Shown here: positions 53,285 through 64,000 of the stretch, piece by piece
How positions within the stretch are numbered: the stretch's first letter is position 1
Layout: each line of letters starts with the position of its first letter
Assembly: GCF_963921235.1 (NCBI RefSeq)
Contig: NC_086108.1
Coordinates: 58,158,001-58,222,000, forward strand
Reading direction: 5' to 3'
Origin: Mobula hypostoma
Lineage: Eukaryota
Length of the DNA stretch: 64,000 nt
Made by a program: the position numbers and the translations under genes
Notes under the pieces: generated by a model
The model's input: only the letters and a program-made list of their open reading frames with translations
Told to the model about the DNA's origin: nothing
Database searches by the model: none

Positions 53285-54270
53285 TTATTATCCAATATAA
53301 TATACCCCTTCTACTGTCCCAGGGGTCCATAAGGAAATCCAAAAGAAAAATCAACTGAAGGCTTAAATCAACTTTCATCCAAATGAATGCTTAACAAGAA
53401 AAACACAGCATAGAACCAGAATTGAGATCAACTCAAATGTTCAATCAAACATAATAGTTTAATCATATTTATCTTCCAGAATCAATATGCTGGATCTCTA
53501 CTGGCAATTAAAGTCAATGGCAAAAGTCCACCACTAACCAGTTTATACATTGATCTTTATATGATTAGTGACTGAAGATGTTGACTATGTCAATATCCAG
53601 ATTCATAACTCACGTTCTTAGTGACTATGTTCATATACTAATCCTACATTTATTTTTCAGAAAAATTCTTGACATTTACTGTATACCAAAGTAAAATAGC
53701 ATTCTTCCAATGTTTGACCCGTTTCCTCTATTTTACATGTGTATTTCTCCTTTAATTAGATTAAGTCATATATTTGCTTGCCTGGCTGGTTAAAAAATAT
53801 TGGCAGTTTAAAATTAGTGTTTTTAACTTTTTTGAAACAGTACATAAATAACACCTTGACTACATTTTAATTTAATCTGCAAGTTGAAAAAACATAACAT
53901 TTTACAATGCAAGTTTGTGTAATTAACCATGCAGTTTTTGTTTTTTTACTGACAGCTAGTCTCAGAGCCGAGGTCCATCATCAGGGTTCTGTAGAGACAG
54001 GATGCACTTGTGCCTCAGTATCAAGTGATCTTTAGCATTGAGCACAGAACCAACCAAGGCATCAGCTCAAGGCATACACATTTTTGACTTGGTTACAATC
54101 AAGCGGCAGCATACTTCCAAAGTAGTGATCATTAAAACTTTTCAAACAGCAGTGCGCAACTGGTACAGGATAAACTGATGGCTATTCTAAAAAATAGATT
54201 ACCAGGACCATAATTTATCAAAAAATACAAGTTAATGAAAAGCACTTTTACTGTGAATTTTAAATATTTA

Positions 54271-54483
<213 letters not shown>

Positions 54484-55266
54484 TTAAAAACTAAATCCGA
54501 GAAAAAAAATTGTTACCCAATAATTCATCATTCACCACTTGTTCAAACTGGTTGAGCACATACCAAGGGTAAAATAACAATTTATAATAATATTGCTACC
54601 TTTGTTCAATTAGTTGGTGGTTGGTTGGGGGGGGGGGGTGTTGGTAAGATGGGAGAAAAGAGAAAGTGAATCAGATGAAGAAAGCTGACACAAATTTCAC
54701 CACGCAGACAAGCTTAACATAGCTTGACCTCATGCATTTCAACATCACTGCTGCACATAATAGGTATTAAATTGTTATATCTAACAACAGAGTCAATCTA
54801 ATCCACTTTCTACACCTTAGAACTGGTATAGTGTCATTCACATATCACCCCATGGAATCTCCCTCAATACTTTGTCATCATCTTTCTTCCTTACAATCAC
54901 ACCATTCAAACTATGTTTTAACAAAGCTTTTGGTCACCTGTCCCATTATCTTTCTTAACTGATATTTGACTCCTGTGAAGTTATTTGGGCCCCTTCCCCA
55001 ATTTAAGAATGCAGATATTTCACCTGCATGTAGGCAAAATACTGTAGATCATCTTGATTTTGAATACTAGAATACTATTTCGTGTAAGGAGACTCTGTTT
55101 ATACTGATTTTCTCAGAACAGATAGAAACTACTTTTGAAATTGTATGCAGAAACAAATTTAAACCCAGACCCAACAAATGGAAGATAATCTATTATCCAA
55201 AGAACAAAATTTGAATACTACATTAATATTGTAAAGGAAGCAATGTTTTTGGAGTAAAATACTGAC

Positions 55267-55344
55267 CTGTTAAATGAAAGGATTACAGTTTGTAATTGTT
55301 GTAGCTTTTTCATTTCCATTGGTAATGAAGTCAAAATGTTATTT
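55267..55344 (-). CDS. LRRC40: LRRC40 exon (NNILTSLPMEMKKLQQLQTVILSFNR)
   Basis: aag acceptor, AG/gtcagt donor, 78 nt phase 2-2; LRR pattern. Confidence 0.95.
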
Positions 55345-56119
55345 CTTCAGAATTAAGGGAAAAAATGACAATAAGGCAATGGCAGGAAGCTATCAAATGA
55401 ATGCAAAAGAAATCTAACAGAAGTTTCATTTTCACACTTAACTAATCAAATCCTCAAAATTCTACTTCAGGTCTCAGTCAGTCAGTTTGTCTTTTAAAAC
55501 CATAAGCTTAAAACATGGTTAATCTGATAACCTGACAGAGAGAAAACCATATACAAATATAAATCCCTAAAAGTGGACTGCAGACAATTTATATTTTAAA
55601 AACAAACCTTCAGGTACAGAATAAACAAATTTAGTGTGAAATCATGCCACTTGAGAAATTTGTAAACCAAACTGGTTTTAAATGCAATAAAGACTTAAGG
55701 TTATGCAATGAGTTCTCAGATGAGAAGTCAAAATTTTGTCTTTAATATTTTTATCCATCCATAAGTATTTTTATTATAATCTGTTTTCAGCCTCTTAAAA
55801 ACCTTTTTAGACAGTTACAAATTAAGACTAAATTACAGAGATTTCCCAAGGTATGGTTGGAATCATGCTATGACTGAGATTAGGCTAAATTCCATATTCT
55901 GCCTTAAGGAATTTACACTTGGGATTCACTTCTAATGAATTTCAATTTCACATCTGAAGTAGAGTCATCCTGTGATGACGTGGTGGCATGTGGAATTTCA
56001 GCGTCATTATTCAGCAAAAGTACGGAAAGTTAATTTTCTGTGCAAATGACGGATGGATCTACATAGCTCTACAAGTCACAGATGAAATAGCAATAAAAAT
56101 GTACAAGTCCCCAACCTAC

Positions 56120-56230
56120 CTAAGATCCAGATGTATCAAGTGCTCCAGTGTGCAAAGCTCCAAGGAAATAGAATCAAGCTTGTTGAAACCAAGATTTACA
56201 TCAGTCACCGTGACTTTAAGTTCTGCAATC
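56120..56230 (-). CDS. LRRC40: LRRC40 exon (IAELKVTVTDVNLGFNKLDSISLELCTLEHLIHLDLR)
   Basis: ttttatacag acceptor, AG/gtaggt donor, 111 nt phase 2-2; the gene presumably continues beyond the window. Confidence 0.95.
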
Positions 56231-56640
56231 CTGTATAAAAATACTAATGTTACTGGCATCATCTTGGTGTCTTTATCATATAACACTAGTTAAACATTCC
56301 AATTTAATTTTTGTTCTAATGAATGGAAACTTTTAAAATCATTCTCACCCACCAAATACAACTGTAAACCACAGATATATGCCCAGTGTTTTGACCCAAC
56401 AATTTAAGCAGTTTCCTTTACAGTATTATCAAAGCAACTAACAAGAAATATCCTTTACTTTCTTTTTATTAAAACAGAAACCCAACTATTTATACACATT
56501 TTCAACAATAACTAGGACTTTGGAAAATAGGAATTAAAATTAAATTGATGCAGAGCATTCTACCATCAATGTATTTAAAGATAAAACTGGTGTCCAGAAT
56601 TACTATTGATCCTAACTTTAAAAATAATGACCATGTTACC

Positions 56641-56840
56641 ACAAGAGATTCTGCAGATGCTGGAAATCCAGGGTAACACACAGAAAACACTAGATGAACT
56701 CAGCAGGTCAGGTAGCATCTACAGAGAGGAATGCACAGTTGACATTTTGGGCTGAAACTCATCATCTTGGCCCAAAACGTCAACTGTTATTCCTCTCCAT
56801 AGATACTGTCTGACCTGCTAAGTTCATTCAACATTTTGTG
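56641..56840. mobile_element. Fold-back mini-element made of inverted PLE termini
   Basis: Arms ~56678-56752 and 56768-56840 are reverse complements; flanking aatgacca at 56626 and 56841. Confidence 0.8.
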
Positions 56841-57096
56841 AATGACCACATCATGCAGGAAAGTGGCAAAGCTAAGCACCAGTGGCTGCGGGGCCTACTT
56901 CTGTTTCTATTTCAGATGTTCATTAGTTGTTGTCTTGAATACAATGTCTAATAATGAATTCAAAAGCAATAGCTTAAAAAAGATTTAATGATGATGTCAT
57001 TTCAGTGGTGTTGCTAACTTTCATATTAGGCTGATCATTTTTAATCTTTCAGATTAACCTGCATGTGATCTCAAATCTCAGGAACAACTTTACTAA

Positions 57097-57383
57097 CAAG
57101 AGAAAATTTCCAGATACCATATCATCAACAAAAGATAATCTGCAGATGCTGGAAATCTGAGCAACACACACAAAATGCTGAAGGAACTCAGCAGGCCAGG
57201 CAGCATCTATGGAAAAAAAGTACAGTCGACGTTTTATGCCGAAACCCTACAGCAAAAGTACAGTTGGTGTTTTGAGCTGAAAGCCTTCAGCAGGACAAAG
57301 GGTTTTGACCCAAAGCATCAACTGCACATTTTTCCATAGATGCTGCTTCGCTTCCACAGTTCCTCCAGCATTTTATGCATGTT
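57097..57383. mobile_element. Fold-back mini-element of PLE termini with an internal tandem duplication
   Basis: Perfect 15-bp flanking direct repeat gaacaactttactaa (57082-57096, 57384-57398); inverted arms. Confidence 0.82.
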
Positions 57384-57815
57384 GAACAACTTTACTAAGA
57401 CTTTTTCCCTCTTCTTTCCCTTTAAAAACATAGAGTGTACATAAGAAAGTACAAGTCATCTGGCCCCTTGATCATTCAATAAGGCTATGTCTGAACTGAT
57501 TTTAGTCTCAGCCTCACTTTCCTGAATGTTCCCCTTTACCCTTGATTCCCCTTGTAGATGAAAGATCTTTTAATTTCCAGCCTCAAGTAGATTGAGTTCA
57601 CCATGCTACCCTTACTAAATTTCCACAGTTCTCTAGACTGGAGAATTCCAGAGAGTCAGCACGCTCTGGAAGAAAAAAAAATTCATCATCTCCAGCTTAA
57701 GTAGAAGTCCCTTATTCCAAAACTACCTCAAGTTCTAAGGTAACCCACTAGAAGAAACACCCTCTCAGCATATATGCTATTAAACTTCTCTAAACCAGGA
57801 ACCAAGATTTCTAAC

Positions 57816-58133
57816 AACAGGAATTCTGCAGATGCTGGAAATTCAAGCAACACACATCAAAGTTGCTGGTGAACACAGCAGGCCAGGCAGCATCTCTAGG
57901 AAGAGGTGCAGTTGGTGTTTCAGGCCGAGACCCTTCCTCAGGACTAACTGAAGGAAGAGTGAGTAAGGGATTTGAAAGTTGGGGTCTCCCCCTCCCCCTC
58001 CAACTTTCAAATCCCTTACTCACTCTTCCTTCAGTTAGTCCTGATGAAGGGTCTCAGCCTGAAACGTCGACTGCACCTCTTCCTAGAGATGCTGCCTGGC
58101 CTGCTGCGTTCACTAGCAACTTTGATGTGTGTT
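57816..58133. mobile_element. Young fold-back mini-element of PLE termini (~134-bp inverted arms)
   Basis: Arms 57849-57982 and 58000-58133 nearly perfectly complementary; 15-bp TSD accaagatttctaac (57801-57815) / accaagatctctaac (58134-58148). Confidence 0.9.
58036..58073 (+). ncRNA. Minimal type I hammerhead ribozyme motif with an intact core
   Basis: tagtc CTGATGA agg-gtctcag-cct GAAAC GTC gactg; stem I agtc/gact, stem II agg/cct, predicted cut after C58068. Confidence 0.8.
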
Positions 58134-58182
58134 ACCAAGATCTCTAACCTATCTCCTTAAATAAAGAACATGCCTAAGCCAT

Positions 58183-58888
58183 CTTCCGGTTAAATGGCAG
58201 AGAGTTTGGACGCAGTGGTCTCTACAGGGCCAACCAAAGATTTTATTATCTTTTTTAAATATCTTTTTATGATCTCAAGACGCTGCTGGACACTAAGTAC
58301 TGCAGGTCTACCCCACCAGTGAGTTGCTCGTTGACGGAGAAGCTGGAGTTAGTATGGACCATGCTGCTGCCTGCTACAGAGAAGCATCCCAGTCAGTGTA
58401 TGAGGGTGGTGTGCAGTCCAACAGCGAGTGATTGTCTTAGTTGTTTTTCGCACGACTGCAAGACCCTGTTGGACATTGGTAATGTGGAATGCTGCAAGTC
58501 CGATTCGCTGATTTACTGGCAAGACTGACAGTGGAGGAGCTGTGTGGCCTCGGTTGTAACACGGTGTCACATATTTGCAGCCACCCAGGAGAGAAGCATC
58601 GGAGTCTGCTTCTGAAGGCGCTGTGACTCCGCATCCATGCTGGCATCAGTGCTGTCCTCCAGTGTTCACTCGGTGAAAGTGCAGGCTTGCTCTTGCCGAC
58701 AACATTCATGGACTCAGGGACCTGGGCTGTATTTTTTTTTGTGTGGCTGTATGTTTACTGTTATCTTATATGTGCTATATGCGCCTTGTGCTGTGTATGA
58801 CTGTTTTTGCACCTTGGTCCTGGAGGAACACTGTTTCATTTGGCTGTATTCATATACGGTTGAATGGCAATTAAACTTGAACTTGAAA
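58183..58888 (+). mobile_element. Probable non-autonomous LINE-derived retroposon
   Basis: 5' cttccggttaaatggc start; 3' ATTAAA followed by a (cttgaa)n tail; no credible ORF. Confidence 0.55.
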
Positions 58889-58899
58889 GCAAACTGAAT

Positions 58900-60000
58900 A
58901 CAGGACATTGTTGGTGTGCATCATCAGTGCCATGCACAGCTATATCAAAACTTCCCTATTTTCATATTCTGTCATCTTTGCAATAAACATTCTGTTAGCT
59001 ATCTTAATCATTTGCTTTCATTAAAAACTGATTTTATATGTCATATACAAGGAAGCTTTGAGCCCTCTTGGCTGCATTGTTCTGCAGTCTCCCTATGTAA
59101 ACATTCTGCTTTATAATTCCTACCAGAATTCTAACGTTGTCACCTCCCACATGAAAGTCCATCCAAAGAAAATGTCCCACCATTCAATCTATTTCTTTGC
59201 AAACTCTATCCTCACAACCAGCTTTCCGATCTTTTGTATCTTATGCAAATTTACTCCATTTTCCATTTTATTCATTTAAATCATAATTAGCTTTTTATGA
59301 GCATCATTGCTTCCTCATCCATCTTTTTGATGCCAGAAAATGTTTCCAAAGTACCTTTGTCCCCTTCATCCAAGTCATTAATAAAAATTATAAATGGTTG
59401 AGACCCCAGAATCGATCCTCCTGGCAATCAGTAAAAACTTCCATTTATCCTAACACTGACTTTATTAGTGAGCCATTCTTCTGACCAGGCCAATAAATTA
59501 TCCCACTGTCACAAGCAATATCTTGTAAGTTTTTAATTTGGCACCATATCAAATGCTTTCTGGAAGTCCAAATACATCAATTGGCTCCTCTTTATCTACC
59601 TGGCTTATTATATTCTTAAAGAACATTAATAATAGATCTGTCCAACACAATTTCATTTTCAAAACACAATTCAGCAGGGTTAACCTGAGTCTTGAACTGT
59701 TCTGGTACTAACTGCATAACAATGAATCACAGAATTTTCCTAATGACGTGTTAGGCTAACTACCCTAAAACTTCTCACTCTCTCCCTTCTTTCCTGGATA
59801 GTTATTTGTTGTTTTGCAATCCACTAAACCCTTCCAAAATCAAGGTAATTTTGTCACATCAAAGCCAATTCATATAGTATCTCTGCAGTCAGTTAGTATT
59901 TTAGGATGCAGGTCATCAGTTGTGGCAAACCTGTAGCCTACCTCCCCATACTTATTATTGTTCCTTTTCCTTGCAACTGCAATAGTTCATCACAGATTTC
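58900..60000 (-). mobile_element. Old decayed CR1 RT fragment
   Basis: Reverse strand gives degenerate DVFGLPESI/YLDFQKAFD-like and PQGS.LG-like DNA (59400-59580). Confidence 0.6.
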
Positions 60001-60028
60001 CTATAATTAGAATGTGTTAATTGCCTTT

Positions 60029-62539
60029 TATAGAAACATAGAAACATAGAAAATAGGTGCAGGAGTAGGCCATTCGGCCCTTCGAGCCTGCACCGCCATT
60101 TATTATGATCATGGCTGATCATCCAACTCAGAACCCAGCCTTCCCTCCATACCCCCTGACCCCTGTAGCCACAAGGGCCATATCTAACTTCCTTTTAAAC
60201 ATAGCTAATGAACTGGCCTCAACAGTTTGCTGTGGCAGAGAATTCCACAGATTCACCACTCTCTGTGTGAAGAAGTTTTTCCTAACCTTGGTCCTAAAAG
60301 GCTTCCCCTCTATCCTCAAACTGTGACCCCTCGTTCTAGACCTCCCCAACATCGGGAACAATCTTCCTGCATCTAGCCTGTCCAATCCCTTTAGGATCTT
60401 ATACGTTTCAATCAGATCCCCCCTCAATCTTCTAAATTCCAACGAGTACAAGCCCAGTTCATCCAGTCTTTCTTCATATGAAAGACCTGCCATCCCAGGA
60501 ATCAATCTGGTGAACCTTCTTTGTACTCCCTCTATGGCAAAGATGTCTTTCCTCAGATTAGGGGACCAAAACTGCACACAATACTCCAGGTGTGGTCTCA
60601 CCAAGGCCTTGTACAACTGCAGTAGTACCTCCCTGCTCCTGTACTCGAATCCTCTCGCTATAAATGCCAGCATACTGTTCGCCTTTTTCACCGCCTGCTG
60701 TACCTGCATGCCCACTTTCAATGACTGGTGTATAATGACACCCAGGTCTCGTTGCACCTCCCCTTTTCCTAATCGGCCACCATTCAGATAATAATCTGTT
60801 TTCCTATTTTTGCCACCAAAGTGGATAACTTCACATTTATCCACATTAAATTGCATCTGCCATGAGTTTGCCCACTCACCCAACCTATCCAAGTCACCCT
60901 GCATCCTCTTAGCATCCTCCTCACTGCTAACACTGCCACCCAGCTTCGTGTCATCCGCAAACTTGGAGATGCTGCATTTAATTCCCTCATCCAAGTCATT
61001 AATATATATTGTAAACAACTGGGGTCCCAGCACTGAGCCTTGCGGTACCCCACTAGTCACCGCCTGCCATTCTGAAAAGGTCCCGTTTATTCCCACTCTT
61101 TGCTTCCTGTCTGCTAACCAATTCTCCACCCACACCAATACCTTACCCCCAATACCGTGTGCTTTAAGTTTGCACACTAATCTCCTATGTGGGACCTTGT
61201 CAAAAGCCTTTTGAAAATCCAAATATACCACATCCACTGGTTCTCCCCTATCCACTCTACTAGTTACATCCTCAAAAAATTCTATGAGATTCGTCAGACA
61301 TGATTTTCCTTTCACAAATCCATGCTGACTTTGTCCGATCATTTCACCGCTTTCCAAATGTGCTGTTATCACATCCTTGATAACTGACTCCAGCAGTTTC
61401 CCCACCACCGACGTTAGGCTAACCGGCCTATAATTCCCCGGTTTCTCGCTCCCTCCTTTTTTAAAAAGTGGGGTTACATTAGCCACCCTCCAATCCTCAG
61501 GAACTAGTCCAGAATCTAACGAGTTTTGAAAAATTATCACTAATGCATCCACTATTTCTTGGGCCACTTCCTTAAGCACTCTGGGATGCAGACCATCTGG
61601 CCCTGGGGATTTATCTGCCTTCAATCCCTTCAATTTACCTAACACCACTTCCCTACTAACATGTATTTCGCTCAGTTCCTCCATCTCACTGGACCCTCTG
61701 TCCCTTACTATTTCTGGAAGATTATTTATGTCCTCCTTAGTGAAGACAGAACCAAAGTAATTATTCAATTGGTCTGCCATGTCCTTGCTCCCCATAATCA
61801 ATTCACCTGTTTCTGTTTGCAGGGGACCTACATTTGTCTTTATCAGTCTTTTCCTTTTTACATATCTATAAAAGCTTTTACAGTCCGTTTTTATGTTCTC
61901 TGCCAGTTTTCTCTCATAATCTTTTTTCCCCTTCCTAATTAAGCCCTTTGTCCTCCTCTGCTGAACTCTGAATTTCTCCCAGTCCTCAGGTGAGCCACTT
62001 TCTCTGGCTAATTTGTATGCTACTTCTTTGGAATTGATACTATCCCTAATTTCTCTTGTCAGCCACGGGTGCACTACCTTCCTTGATTTATTCTTTTGCC
62101 AAACTGGGATGAACAATTGTTGTAGTTCATCCATGCAACCTTTAAATGCCTGCCATTGCATATCCACCGTCAATCCTTGAAGTGTCATTTGCCAGTCTAT
62201 CTTAGCTAATTCATGTCTCATACCTTCAAAGTTACCCCTCTTTAAGTTCAGAACCTTTGTTTCTGAATTAACTACGTCACTCTCCATGTTAATGAAGAAT
62301 TCCACCATATTATGGTCACTCTTACCCAAGGGGCCTCTCACGACAAGATCGCTAATTAACCCTTCCTCATTGCTCAAAACCCAGTCCAGAATAGCCTGCT
62401 CTCTAGTCGGTTCCTCGACATGTTGGTTCAAAAAACCATCCCGCATACATTCCAAGAAATCCTCTTCCTCAGCACCTTTACCAATTTGGTTCACCCAGTC
62501 TACATGTAGATTGAAGTCACCCATTATAACTGCTGTTCC
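60029..62539 (-). mobile_element. Young 5'-truncated CR1 LINE
   Basis: Uninterrupted ORF2 from the endonuclease GDFN motif to the stop; short 3' UTR with a hairpin and (TTCTATGT)n tail at 60029-60052. Confidence 0.96.
60128..62538 (-). CDS. CR1 ORF2 (partial AP-endonuclease plus complete reverse transcriptase); N-terminally truncated
   Basis: GDFN, LDWVL, SDH, NYRPVSLTS, YLDFQKAFD, QGSVLGP, FADD; the first ~28 aa of the 831-aa track ORF come from flanking DNA. Confidence 0.9.
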
Positions 62540-62559
62540 TGAAGACAAATATAAAATTT

Positions 62560-64000
62560 GATTGGAAGGTGACACAAGCAGAGATGACAACTTTACAGTA
62601 ATGGCTAGAGTTTCTGGGAGCAATATGGAAGGTGCAAGATAGATACATCCCGAAGTAGTAGTGGTATTCTAAAGGCAAGATAATACAACTGTAGCTAACA
62701 AGAGAAGTCAAAGACAACATAAAAGCAAGAGAGTGCATAGAGCAAAAATTAGTGGGAAGTTAGAGGATCGGGAAGCTTTTAAAAACTAACAAAAAGGCAA
62801 CTAAAAAAGCCAGTTTTTTTTTTAGGTATATAAAGAGTAAAAGAGGGATGAGAGTAGATATCGGACCGTTGGAAAATTTCACTGGAGAGGTAGTAATGGG
62901 GGACAAGGAAATGACAGATGAACTAAATATGTCTTCACTGTGAAAGACACCAGCAGTATGCTAGAAGTTCAATAGCGTCAGAAGGCAGATGTAAGTGCAG
63001 TTGTTATTACTATGGAGAAGGTGCCTGAGAAGCTGAAAGGTCCAAAGGTAGATAAGTCACCTGGACCAGATAGACTACACCCCACGGTTCTGAAAGAAGT
63101 ACTGAAGAGATTGTGGAGGCATTAGTAATGATATTTCAAGTATCAATAGATTCTGGAATGGTTCTAGGGGACTGGAAAATTGCAAATGTCACCCCACTCT
63201 TCAAGGAGGGAGGGAGGCAGAAGAAAGGATATTACAGGCCATTTAGCCTGATCTCAGTGCATGGCAAGATGTTGGAGTCCATTATTAATGTTGAGGTTTT
63301 GGGGTACTTGGAAGCACATAATTTTTTTTTAAAGGCTTAAGTCAGCATGGCTTCCTTAAGGGAAAATCTTGCTTGACAAATCTGTTGGAATTCCTTAAAG
63401 AAATAACAAGCAGCATAGACAAAGGATAGAGGATTGGCTGATTGGCAGGAGGCAAAGAGTGGCAATAAAGGGAACCTTTTCTGGTTGGCTGCCAGTGACT
63501 AATGGTATTCCGCAGGGATCAGTGTTGGGACCGCTTCTTTTCATATTATACATCAATGATTTTGATGACGGAATTGATGGCTTTGTGGCCAAGTTTGAGG
63601 ATGAAAGGTGCAGGAGCAGGTAGTGTTGAGGAAACAGGGAGGGTGCCAAAGGCCTTAGACAGATTAGGAGAATGGGCAAAGAAATGGCAGATGGAATACA
63701 GTGTCAGGAAGTGTATGATCATGCACTTTGGCAGAAGAAATAAAAGCATAGACTATTTTCTAAACAGGGAGAGAGAACATACAAAAATCAGAGGTGCAAA
63801 GGGACTTGGGAGTCCTTGTGCAGGATCCTTTAAAGGTTAACTTACAAGTTGAGTCAGTGGTGAGGAAGGAAAGTGCAATGTTAGCACTCATTTCGTGAGG
63901 ACTAGAATATGAAAACAAGGATGTAATGCTGAGGCTTTATAAGACACTGGTGAGTATAATGAGCAGTTCTGGGCCCCTTATTTAAGAAAGGATTTGCTGA
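62560..64000 (+). mobile_element. Decayed CR1 ORF2 running off the window end
   Basis: [32 protein letters not shown]; frameshifts and stops. Confidence 0.88.

Noticed and set aside
55345..55365. U12-like branch sequence (cccttaat) close to an AAG acceptor in LRRC40
   Set aside because: The matching donor is GTAGGT, not the U12 consensus RTATCCTT
57849..58133. miRNA precursor or classical DNA-transposon MITE
   Set aside because: The arms are PLE terminal sequence found elsewhere as single-orientation fragments, and the 15-bp TSD does not fit TA or 8-bp DNA transposon signatures
60510..62561. Plus-strand ORFs overlapping the CR1 ORF2
   Set aside because: Antisense shadow frames of the RT coding sequence
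60128..62623. 831-aa ORF as a host gene or complete retroelement protein
   Set aside because: It is a 5'-truncated CR1 ORF2; the N-terminal residues derive from an unrelated flanking element

Overview
Vertebrate genomic DNA; the repeat landscape suggests a cartilaginous fish, probably a ray (inference). Two genes converge tail-to-tail. On + are the last five coding exons of LRRC7 (densin-180, C-terminal region and PDZ domain; 20319-45773). On - are the last four coding exons of LRRC40 (53111-56230). Exons were read by hand from GT-AG boundaries, and most are absent from the ORF track. The rest is intron, UTR or intergenic DNA packed with nested, mostly decayed transposons: CR1 and Rex1/Babar-type LINEs, two Penelope-like (PLE) families, a BEL/Pao LTR element, tRNA-derived SINEs and hAT and Tigger-type MITEs. 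One young CR1 keeps a ~2.4 kb open ORF2. The strongest unexplained signals are: (i) minimal hammerhead ribozyme motifs in the PLE termini, including three TSD-flanked fold-back mini-elements clustered in one LRRC40 intron, one with an intact catalytic core; (ii) a candidate in-frame cassette exon inside the LRRC7 PDZ domain and an in-frame alternative acceptor; (iii) candidate LRRC7 3'UTR regulatory elements. TE boundaries are approximate unless TSDs or TIRs are given. No database search was run, so homology calls rest on recalled motifs.
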